From contig OZ024749.1 of NCBI GenBank assembly GCA_964016885.1, forward strand, positions 20,150,001-20,214,000: a stretch of 64,000 nt of DNA, read 5' to 3'. The first letter of the stretch is position 1. Each line of letters begins with the position of its first letter. This stretch comes from Eledone cirrhosa (taxonomy: Eukaryota). Positions 1-10,506 of the stretch are shown here, in pieces. Made by a program: the position numbers and the translations under genes. Under the pieces are notes generated by a model. The model saw nothing but the letters and a program-made list of their open reading frames with translations, searched no databases and was not told the DNA's origin.

Positions 1-213
<213 letters not shown>

Positions 214-400
214 GCGAAGCCCCAGCATGGCCCCCAGCCTACCAGCTGGGACATTTAGAAGAGTCTAACTACTATTGTAATAGCCACAAACCGTGTCAAA
301 TTCATTAGAAAACATTAATTGTACATCAACCGATCTCATTAATTATTCATATATATATATACATACATACATCCATATATATATATACATACATACATCC

Positions 401-432
<32 letters not shown>

Positions 433-512
433 TCATACATATGTATATATGTATGTGTATCTATAATTGGTAACTATAATAAATATGTTAATAAAACAAA
501 CTTTTTGTCTGT

Positions 513-596
513 TGTAGTAGTGGTGGTGGTAGTAGTATTAGTGGTGGTGGTAGTAGTAGTGTCAATAGTCTTGGTGGTACTGGTGGTGTGCTGGTC

Positions 597-627
<31 letters not shown>

Positions 628-628
628 C

Positions 629-672
<44 letters not shown>

Positions 673-679
673 CAGTGGC

Positions 680-717
<38 letters not shown>

Positions 718-815
718 CAGTAGTCTCGGTGGTAGTGGTGGTGTGGTGGTAGTAGTAGTCATGGTAGTGATAGTATTAGTAATATTAGTAGCATTATTAG
801 TAATAGTGGTAGTGT
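513..815. repeat. (GTA)n/(GTG)n trinucleotide microsatellite
   Basis: Directly visible; produces the spurious poly-Leu ORF 562..762. Confidence 0.95.
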
Positions 816-1016
816 ATTGATTACTGAATCATACATCATTCAGCAATCAATACACAAGTATATATTTATATAGACAGATGTCCCACGTGATGTTGTGGTG
901 TCGATGCAGTTCTCTCTATAGCACACAATACATTAAATTCATACCACAATAAAGAATATTGTTAAACTTTATTTCAGTATTGAGTACTGTCAACATCACA
1001 TATGTATGTGTATTTA

Positions 1017-1150
1017 TCATCATCAACGCCCATCTTCCATGCTAGTGGGTTAGATGGTTTTGTTGCACTTGATGCGGGAATGGTCGACAGATCGTATCTC
1101 TGGCAGGTCTTTCTACAGCTGGATGCCCTTCCCAACACCAACCACTTTTA
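1017..1150 (-). mobile_element. RTE-type 3' tail fragment (SINE or LINE)
   Basis: Reverse complement of the GGTTGGTGTTAGGAAGGGCATCCAGCTGTAGAAA...(GAT)n tail seen at 14504-14657. Confidence 0.7.
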
Positions 1151-1170
1151 GAGTGTATATATATATATAT

Positions 1171-1417
1171 ATCAATGATATTAATAAATGGAAACTATAT
1201 TTATAAAACCATATTTATTCTATTATATATATTTCAAGGGTACCAAAACTTTGGTACGCTCTCATCAGATAAAATACAAAGTTTGTTTTATAAATATTGA
1301 CATATCCGGCAAGGAGATCTTAATGGTTCAAGTTTTTCTGGATAGTCGAGTGCTTCGAATCAGTTATAAATATATATATTTGTTGAATTACCAACAAATT
1401 AAATATCCCTTTTGCTT
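1171..1417 (-). mobile_element. Short non-coding hammerhead element, family A, with inverted tail
   Basis: 1171-1344 is near-identical to 57593-57767; 1345-1417 is the reverse complement of 57505-57572; flanked by (TA)n on both sides. Confidence 0.8.
1216..1276 (-). ncRNA. Type I hammerhead ribozyme (family A)
   Basis: Minus strand: TATTTTAT-CTGATGA-gagcGTACCAAAgtTTTGGTACcctt-GAAA-TATATA-TA-ATAGAATA. Intact core, stem I, stem II and palindromic minimal stem III. Confidence 0.8.
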
Positions 1418-1649
1418 ATATATATATATATATATTTCGTTTCTGAATTTGTTTAGCAAGATTCTTTATCTGAAATCGTGTGTTGAAACCGATATTGTTA
1501 TACTTTGGGAGGGTCATGTTGCCAATAAGAAACACACGCACCAGTTGCTTTCACTTCAATTTATTATAATAAATTTATAAATTTAGGAATTTATAAATTT
1601 CTGGTTGGTTGGTTGGTTGGTTCCACAACCAGATAGTTGTTTATATATT

Positions 1650-1692
1650 GTCAAAGTTCTTTCGTCACACATTCTGTGACCTCTTCAGCGAC
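1650..1692 (-). ncRNA. Minimal hammerhead ribozyme in PLE pseudo-LTR
   Basis: GTCG-CTGAAGA-g-GTCACAgaatgTGTGAC-GAAA-GAAC-TT-TGAC on the minus strand. Confidence 0.7.
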
Positions 1693-1893
1693 TGGTGATT
1701 CTTTTCTTTGTTTTTGTGCCTCTCCTTTGTTCTGTCCTACGCCATTTTGTTTCTGTGTGTGTGTTGTGTGCTCAGTCTGCGCATGCGCCACATCCGGGTG
1801 TCTGTGTGTGTTTATATTTGTTTATTTATTTGTTTATTTACATGTTACCGGTTGGTTGTTTGTTCTATGTGCGTGTGTGTTTTCATTTTGTCC

Positions 1894-3604
1894 TTAATTG
1901 TAAGTTGTGATGTTGCTGTTCCACTCATATTTTCTATTTAATTTTGGTTGTAATTCTTTTATGTTTATTGCCTCTGTGATTTGTCTAAACATTGCGTCTT
2001 TTCTGTGTGTAGATTCTATTTTTATTTCTATGTTCTCTAATTTACCCTTATGTTCTATTTTAGCATGTTGGTAGAGTACAGATGATTCTTTACTATCTTG
2101 AAGGTCTCGCCAGTGTTCATTTATCCGTTCCCCTACACTACGAGCTGTCTCACCTATGTACACTATATTTTTGTCTCTACATTGTCCTTCAGTACATCTT
2201 ATGCTATACACTACATTTCTAGTTTTACAGTTAATATGGGGGCTTATTTTACAGGTTATACATTTCTTATCTATACAGGGGGGGTCTTTGGAAAGGGTAT
2301 GTCTTGCTAATAAGTGTTTTTACGGAGGTACCTGGTCTTTCTACTATCTTAATATTGAGTTTATGTTTATCTAGGGCCCTTCTAAATTTGTAAGCTAATT
2401 CACCTCTAGGGGTTGTATCGATGAACATTACACTCTGGTATTTATTGCTATCATACCATGAGTTTATTCTATTAGCCTTATTCCTAGTTCTTTCTATTCT
2501 ATTCCAAAATTTGCTCCTATACAAGGGGCAGGTCCCATTTGTGTCATTATTTACCATTTTTTCCCATTTGGTTCTGGCTCCTCTATACACTCTGATTCTA
2601 TCTCTCTGATTGTAACCAGAGAACTGCATACGGTGGATGAAGTGTTGTATGTGTCTCTCTAGTTCTTCGGGGTTGCACATGCAGGACACGTTTCTCATCA
2701 CCCGTACCAAATCCACAATCAGTATGTTGATTTTGGTATGGTCCGAAACAGCCGAGTTTCGGTGGATCAGATGTTTGGAAGTCATGGGTTTGGCATAATG
2801 GAAATGGAGGATTTGTTTTTTGTTATTAATGGTATCTAACCAGACCTCTGTGTCTAGTACAGGTAATCGATGGTTGGGGTGTTTACTTGGGTAGTCTATA
2901 GTAACTCTAATACTCTGGTGGATGGAGTTAGCTATTTGCTGGATGCTTTCCATTGTGTTTTTCTCTAGTTCCTGACTGTTCTCTAGTGGGGGTGTCTTAA
3001 CTACGATGTTTATATCGTCAACGTAGCGGGAGTACATTATCAGGGTTAAGGGGTCTTCTAATTGTTCTTTAAGTTTAAGTCTACTGTCCCACCATACCAT
3101 GAATAAGTTAGCTATGTCGCCTGCAATGCTAACACCAATGGCTGCTCCTTCCTCTTGGGCATATGTTTTTCCATTAAATTTGAACATATGTTCCTTAAGG
3201 GTTAGTTTTATGCTGGCCCCTACCGCATGTGCAATCATTTTCTTCAGTTCATCGTGGTTTTCGGGTGTCCGTATGGCTCTGGTCCACCCGTTCCATCTAT
3301 CTGTGTGGGTTTTCTTGGCCATTGAGGTAATGGTAGGTGGTCTGCCTCTTGCTGGTCTTGTAGGGCACAGGTTGCTAAGGTCATATGTGTCTAGGTAATT
3401 ATTACTATAGGTAAGTTTAAGTAGGAGTCCCAGCTCACTGGTATCAATCCCACGGAACTCAACATTGCTCTCACTGATCATTTCTACGCATTTCTCCACA
3501 GCAAAATCCACGTCAATAGATGGATACAGGGACACAACATCCATACTACGTATTATGCAGTTTGTTAGGTCCCTAGATCGGTTACTCTCGCCGATCCTGC
3601 TGAG
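1894..3604 (-). pseudogene. PLE reverse transcriptase + C-terminal GIY-YIG endonuclease (5'-truncated, one frameshift)
   Basis: RT motifs SMDVVSLYPSI, GAAIGVSIAGDIANLFM, YSRYVDD, LPVLD; EN motifs VVYSIRC, YIGETAR, RINEH, RQITEA, LNRK. Frameshift at the G7 run 2278-2284, where the other arm has C6 (possibly a sequencing error). Confidence 0.92.
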
Positions 3605-4211
3605 TAGAATAGAAAGAACTAGGAATAAGGCCAATAGAATAAACTCATGGTATGATAGCAATAAATACCAGAGTGTAATGTTCATCGATACAACCCCTAG
3701 AGGTGAATTAGCTTACAAATTTAGAAGGGCCCTAGATAAACATAAACTCAATATTAAGATAGTAGAAAGACCAGGTACCTCCGTAAAAACACTTATTAGC
3801 AAGACATACCCTTTCCAAAGACCCCCCTGTATAGATAAGAAATGTATAACCTGTAAATTAAGCCCCCATATTAACTGTAAAACTAGAAATGTAGTATATA
3901 GCATAAGATGTACTGAAGGACAATGTAGAGACAAAAATATAGTGTACATAGGTGAGACAGCTCGTAGTGTAGGGGAACGGATAAATGAACACTGGCGAGA
4001 CCTTCAAGATAGTAAAGAATCATCTGTACTCTACCAACATGCTAAAATAGAACATAAGGGTAAATTAGAGAACATAGAAATAAAAATAGAATCTACACAC
4101 AGAAAAGACGCAATGTTTAGACAAATCACAGAGGCAATAAACATAAAAGAATTACAACCAAAATTAAATAGAAAATATGAGTGGAACAGCAACATCACAA
4201 CTTACAATTAA
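3605..4211 (+). pseudogene. GIY-YIG endonuclease portion of the inverted PLE arm (open frame)
   Basis: Within ORF 3465..4211: CIDKKCITC...CKTRNVVYSIRC...YIGETARSVGERINEH...RQITEA...LNRKYEW. Confidence 0.88.
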
Positions 4212-4307
4212 GGACAAAATGAAAACACACACGCACATAGAACAAACAACCAACCGGTAACATGTAAATAAACAAATAAATAAACAAATATAAACACACA
4301 CAGACAC

Positions 4308-4365
4308 CCGGATGTGGCGCATGCGCAGACTGAGCACACAACACACACACAGAAACAAAATGGCG
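4308..4365 (+). promoter_or_regulatory. Putative pLTR promoter: ETS-, NRF1- and YY1-like motifs
   Basis: CCGGATGT (4308), GCGCATGCGC (4317), AAAATGGCG (4357); largely retained in the other pLTR copies. Confidence 0.45.
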
Positions 4366-4412
4366 TAGGACAGAACAAAGGAGAGGCACAAAAACAAAGA
4401 AAAGAATCACCA

Positions 4413-4455
4413 GTCACTGAAGAGGTCACAGAATGTGTGACGAAAGAACTTTGAC
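4413..4455 (+). ncRNA. Minimal hammerhead ribozyme in PLE pseudo-LTR
   Basis: GTCA-CTGAAGA-g-GTCACAgaatgTGTGAC-GAAA-GAAC-TT-TGAC; stem I GTCA/TGAC. Confidence 0.72.
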
Positions 4456-4601
4456 AATATATAAACAACTATCTGGTTGTGGAACCAACCAACCAACCAG
4501 AAATTTATAAATTCCTAAATTTATAAATTTATTATAATAAATTGAAGTGAAAGCAACTGGTGCGTGTGTTTCTTATTGGCAACATGACCCTCCCAAAGTA
4601 T

Positions 4602-4699
<98 letters not shown>

Positions 4700-4701
4700 G
4701 T

Positions 4702-4905
4702 GGAGGTACATGGCTTAGTGGTTAGATCATTGGGCTTGCAATCGAAAGGTTGTGAGTTCGATTCTCGGATCGGGTGATGTGTTGTGTCCTTGAGCAAGAG
4801 ACTTTATTTCACATTGCTCCAGGTCACTCACTCAGCTGTAGAAATGATTTGTGACGTCACTAGTGCCAGCTGTATCGGCATCTTCCTTTCCCTTGGACAT
4901 CACAT
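4702..4905 (+). mobile_element. tRNA-derived SINE
   Basis: A box TGGCTTAGTGG (4711), B box GAGTTCGATTC (4754), then the conserved GTGTCCTTGAGCAAG core. Confidence 0.85.
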
Positions 4906-4906
4906 T

Positions 4907-6280
4907 TAGTGTATATATATAGAGAGTATAGAGTGTATATATAGAGTATAGAGTGTATATATAGAGTATAGAGTGTATATATAGAGTATAGAGTGTATAT
5001 AGAGTGTATATAGAGTGTATATATAGAGTATAGAGTGTATATATAGAGTATAGAGTGTATATATAGAGTATAGAGTGTATATAGAGTGTATATATAGAGT
5101 ATAGAGTGTATATATAGAGTGTATATATAGAGTGTATATATAGAGTGTATATATAGAGTATGGAGTGTATATATAGAGTATAGAGTGTATATATAGTGTA
5201 TATATAGAGTATAGAGTGTATATATAGAGTATAGAGTGTATATAGAGTGTATATATAGCGTATATATAGAATGTATATATAGAGTATAGAGTTTATATAG
5301 AGAGTATAGAGTGTATATATAGAGTATAGAGTTTATATAAAGTGTATATAGAGTGTATATATAGAGTATAGTGTGTATATATAGAGTATAGAGTGTATAT
5401 ATAGAGTATAGAGTGTATATATAGTGTATATATAGAGTTTAGAGTGTATATATAGAGTATATATAAAGTATAGAGTGTATATATAGAGTATAGAGTGTAT
5501 ATATAGTGTATATATAGAGTATAGAGTGTATATATAGTGTATATATAGTGCATATATAGAGTATGGAGTGTATATATAGTGTATATATAGAGTATAGAGT
5601 GTATATATAGTGTATATATAGAGTATAGAGTGTATATATAGTGTATATATAGAGTATAGAGTGTATATATAGTGTATATATAGAGTATAGAGTGTATATA
5701 TAGAGTATAGAGTGTATATATAGAGTATAGAGTGTATATATAGTGTATATATAGAGTATTAAAGGAACGATCGACTTTCGTCAAATCGGACCAAGGGAAC
5801 AATGTTTCCGTTGGTCTTTCCAATTGCTAATACTATCTATCGGTCGCAACTCCAGGTAGAAGGAGCAACGTGAAATAAAGTGTCTTGCTCAAGGACATAA
5901 CGCATCGCCTGGTCCAGGAATCGAACTCACAACCTTATGATTGCGAATCCAATTCTCTAACCACTCAGCCACACGCCTTCACTATATAGAGTATAGAGTG
6001 TATATATAGTGTATATATAGAGTATGGAGTGTATATATAGAGTATAGAGTGTATATATATAGTGTATATATAGAGTATGGAGTGTATATATAGTGTATAT
6101 ATAGAGTATAGAGTGTATATATAGAGTATGGAGTGTATATATAGAGTATAGAGTGTATATATAGTGTATATATAGAGTATAGAGTGTATATATAGTGTAT
6201 ATATAGAGTATAGAGTGTATATATAGAGTTTAGAGTGTATATATACAGTATATAGAGAGTGTATAGTGTAAATATAGTGT
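4907..6280. repeat. ~12-20-bp minisatellite (GAGTATAGAGTG(TA)n), interrupted at ~5757-5981
   Basis: Directly visible tandem units. Confidence 0.9.
5862..5980 (-). mobile_element. tRNA-derived SINE 5' part
   Basis: Minus strand TGGCTGAGTGG...GAGTTCGATTCC...TGTCCTTGAGCAAGACAC. Confidence 0.8.
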
Positions 6281-6282
6281 AT

Positions 6283-6467
6283 GTTGTGACGTCACTGGTG
6301 CCAAGCTGTATCGGCCATTGCCTTTCCCATGGACATCATCGGTGTTGTAGGCTGGTATGTACCGGTGACTGATGGTCTTCCACAAGCAACCTTGCCCAGA
6401 CTTGTGTCTGGGAGGAGAACTTTCTAGGTGAATATCACATGGTCACATGTGACGGAAGGGGTTCTTC
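6283..6467 (+). mobile_element. SINE body/3' part (continues the family at 4702)
   Basis: GTGACGTCACTGGTGCCAAGCTGTATCGGC...GGACATCA matches 4851-4902. Confidence 0.6.
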
Positions 6468-6664
6468 GATGTGTGTGTGTGTATATATGTGTGTGTGTAT
6501 CTATATATGTATGTATATATAGGTGTGTGTATATATATATGTGTGTGAATCTGTATATGTATGTGTATATATGTGTGTGTGTGTGTCTATATATGTATGT
6601 GTATATATGTGTGTGTGTATATATGTATATGTGTGTATATATGTGTGTGTGTATATATACATAC

Positions 6665-6705
<41 letters not shown>

Positions 6706-6725
6706 TGTATATGTGTGTATATATA

Positions 6726-6759
<34 letters not shown>

Positions 6760-6760
6760 C

Positions 6761-6790
<30 letters not shown>

Positions 6791-6791
<1 letters not shown>

Positions 6792-6991
6792 AGTCTAACG
6801 AAGGAGGCGTGGTAAGGAACCAGATGGACCATAACGCACCAGAGTACTCAAGACTTAAGGTAGTAGAGTGGGTAATAGGAAAATGTTTGACCCTCGACGG
6901 CAGAGCTCAAGCCGTTTCGACGGCTATTTCTGTCCAGAAATAGCCGTCGAAACGGCTTGAGCTCTGCCGTCGGGGTTAAACATTTTCCTAT
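6791..6991. mobile_element. Fold-back insertion: 117-bp near-perfect palindrome plus one-sided tail
   Basis: 6875-6932 is the reverse complement of 6935-6991 apart from two small differences; each arm starts with GAAA-TAGCC-GTC, resembling a hammerhead 3' half; (TA)n flanks. Confidence 0.7.
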
Positions 6992-7042
6992 ATAAATGTA
7001 TCTATATATGTATGTGTATATATATGTGTGTAGATGTATGTG

Positions 7043-7074
<32 letters not shown>

Positions 7075-7081
7075 TATATAC

Positions 7082-7158
<77 letters not shown>

Positions 7159-7325
7159 CATATAACCTCCCCTATGCACTCAATTGAACATAAGACCATA
7201 TGTGAGATGCAGACGACACCCGCCCCACCCCTGCTTGTCAGGGAGGTCCCCCCCCCCATATTGACTTGGTCTATGTAGACATGTCTAACTATTGCTAGCA
7301 GAGAGAGCGACAGGGATCATGATTA

Positions 7326-7380
<55 letters not shown>

Positions 7381-7989
7381 ATATATGTGTGTGAGTGTGT
7401 GTTTATATATATGTATATGTGCGTATATATATATGTGTTTGTTCGTGTATATATATATATGTATATATGTGTATATATATGTATATATAAGTGTATCTAT
7501 ATATGTATGTGTATATATATGATGATAATGATGATGATGATTATATATATATGTCTGTGTGTGTTTGCGTATGTGTGTGGCTATGTATGTGTGTGTGTAT
7601 GTATCTGTGTATGTGTGTATGTATGTATATATGTAAGTATGTATCTGTGTATGTATGTATATATGTAAGTATGTATCTGTGTATGTGTGTGTATGTGTGT
7701 GTATGTATGTATCTATGTATGTATCTGTATAAGTGTGTATATGTGTGTATGTATATATGTGTATGCATGTATCTGTGTATGTATGTGTGTTTATGTATGT
7801 ATATATGTGTGTGTATGTATGTATATATGTGTGTATATATATATATAATATATACAATAAATATTAAGGCTGTATGCATGAATAGTTATATTAACCCAGT
7901 TAAATAAACAAAAACTGAGCAAAACAAAAACAACCATAGCCGCCTGCTACTCCTTTAGTGTGAGAATATACATACATACATCCTAACAT

Positions 7990-8021
<32 letters not shown>

Positions 8022-8144
8022 TTATATATGCAGAGGTTATATTTAATTAAAAAATGTTTATAACTGATATAAAGCACTCAGCAGGTTAGTGGAGTAAATA
8101 TACAATATATTAATAAATGGAAACTATATTTATAAAACCATATT

Positions 8145-8210
8145 TATTTTATTATACATATTTCAAGGGCAACCAAGGCAAATTATGGTGCGCTTTCATC
8201 AGATAAAATA
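8145..8210 (-). ncRNA. Type I hammerhead ribozyme
   Basis: TATTTTAT-CTGATGA-aagcgcacca...tggttgccctt-GAAA-TATGTA-TA-ATAAAATA. Confidence 0.78.
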
Positions 8211-8280
8211 CAGATTTATTTTATAAATAAATATTGATATACCCGGAAAAAAAGACAACCTTAACGGTTGGAGCTTCCTG

Positions 8281-8343
8281 TATTTTATCTGATGAAAGCG
8301 CACCATAATTTGTCTTGGTTGCCCTTGAAATATGTATAAAATA
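8281..8343 (+). ncRNA. Hammerhead ribozyme copy with a small deletion at the cleavage site
   Basis: Same core as 8145-8210, with ~3 nt missing after stem III. Confidence 0.55.
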
Positions 8344-8542
8344 AATCTGGTTTTATAAATATAGTTTCCATTTATTAATATATTGTATATTTATATATAT
8401 ATATTTATATTTATATATCACACACTCAATAAAACATACACACACTTATATATACATATATACACACACACTAACAAACGCACACATTCACATAAATGTA
8501 TATATATATATATCACACACACAATTAAACATATACGCAGGC

Positions 8543-8576
<34 letters not shown>

Positions 8577-9196
8577 ATATATATATATATATACACACAT
8601 ACACACACACATATATATATATATATATACACACCACACATTACACAACACAATCATACATACATATACATATATAAACACACACAATCACACATAGATA
8701 TCCATAGCCATACAAAATCACACACACACACATACACACACACACATATATATATATACACACACACACAAACATACATATATACACACACACATACACG
8801 CACACACATATATTACACAAAAACACAACACAGTCACACATGTGAACACTATGCACATATATACACACACTCACAACACAATCACACATAACACACACAT
8901 AACACACAATAACATACACACTCACACACACAACACCATAACGTACACACTCACACAAATATACATACATGTACTTACATTCACACACACACACATATAT
9001 ATATATATATGCACATAATGCATATATATATACATACATATTTATAAATATATACACGCACACACAATACACAATGTCGTCATAGAACTGACCATATGGA
9101 CATTGGTCAGTCACCAATTGTGGTGTATAAATGATGATGATAAGCTGAGACACAGTATATATAGTTACTAAGATAGCACATGTATATATCTATATA

Positions 9197-9540
9197 TCAT
9201 CATCATCATTTCATTTCATTTTACGTCCACTTTTCCCTGCTTGCAAGGGTGGGACGGGAACTGATTCTGGCTTGATTTCTACAGCTGGATGCCCTTCCTA
9301 ACACCAACCTCATTTACAGTGAGTGCTGGGTGTTTTTTTTACCGTGGCACCTCCACGACCACTTTGCAGTGGAATGATATGGGCCCCAGTCCCTATCATC
9401 TCATTTCTACAGCTGAGTAAACTGGAGCAATGTGAAATAAAGTGTCTTGCTCAAGGAAACAACACATCACCCGGTCTGAGAATTGAACTCACAACCTTTC
9501 GATTGCAAGGCCAATGCTCTAACCACTAACCCATGTGCCT
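9197..9540 (-). mobile_element. Full-length tRNA-derived SINE with RTE-type tail
   Basis: A/B boxes at the right end, CCTTGAGCAAGACAC core, GGAAGGGCATCCAGCTGTAG and (GAT)n tail; same family as 56603-56982. Confidence 0.85.
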
Positions 9541-10506
9541 ATATATATATATATAGAGAGAGAGAGATACTGATACAGCACATATATATATATCCTAAAC
9601 GGACAGTAGTCCGTTTAGTAATATTGTTGTGGTCGTGTTTTCGTTGGCAATCGTCTGTTTACGACAGTACAGCGCGGCTCTACTTTATTTAACTGAGATA
9701 AAACTTATGAGCATGAACAGTAGATCATTACGCATCTTTTGGCTTAAAAATCTAGAAATTTGGTCCAGCGGGAAAAAGTTTATAATCAAAGTTTGCTGAT
9801 AAATCTTGTGTTCAAGTGAGTGAGTAGTAAGCGTGACGCTAGGGGAGGTAATCCAGAAATGACGAATTTTTTTCGGCGGAACTCTTGTGATTGTGATTAC
9901 GTTAGTCAAATGTAGTCAAATCGCCGAATCCCCTCCTCCTAATTGACTACGTCATTTCTGAACGGCCCTACTTGCGTCAGTGTGAAACATTACTTCACTT
10001 TTCACTGCTAAAATGCTTTTTAAATACTTCGTTAAAAATTTATGTTTATTATCAAAGCTATTTTTTGTACCAATCTATCAATAGTTTGCGAAAATATAGG
10101 TAAACATGTGAGTTAAATTTTTTTTAATCGCATCGATCGCTTTGTCGCACCGACTGTGACACTGTCTGACTGTCTGTCTGACTGACACCTTTGTTGGACC
10201 GACACCTTTGTTCGTGCCGGCATCTCTGCGAAACACCAATGACAACAACCAGACCAAAATTTCACTTCATTCTTCATTCTTCTTCAAGACCGATCGCCGA
10301 CCGGTCGTATCGGTTGCTCTTCATATACCAAGTATTCAACAGATAGTTTGCACTTCTAGTATTATTAACAGTCGTGCGATTTTTTGTACCGATAGGTGTG
10401 AATAGTGCGCTATATTTTTGTACCGATAGGTGCGAATAGTGCGATAGGTGCGAATAGTGTACAATATTTTCTGAGATTTGCATCCACTAATTTCGCTTAA
10501 TTAAAA

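Larger units (their letters stand above)
1437..4609 (-). mobile_element. Penelope-like element (Nematis-like), 5'-truncated with ~1-kb inverted 3' arm
   Basis: Minus arm 1437-~3604 (RT+GIY-YIG+pLTR+55-nt tail); plus arm 3605-4609 is the near-identical reverse complement of 1492-2502; (TA)n on both sides. Confidence 0.93.
8030..8393. mobile_element. Family A-related fold-back hammerhead element
   Basis: Inverted arms 8095-8213 and 8278-8393, homologous to 1171-1344 and 57505-57767; tail only on the left; (TA)n flanks. Confidence 0.8.

Noticed and set aside
1637-1941. Cys/Val/Phe-rich membrane-like ORFs conserved in all PLE copies
   Set aside because: Antisense translations of the AC-rich pLTR; conservation reflects repeat identity, not coding.
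1894-3604. Selenocysteine-recoding (Naiad-type) PLE
   Set aside because: The endonuclease is C-terminal and the RT frame has no in-frame TGA codons.
4702-4775. tRNA gene
   Set aside because: A/B boxes are present, but the acceptor stem is not intact and it continues into a SINE body repeated elsewhere.
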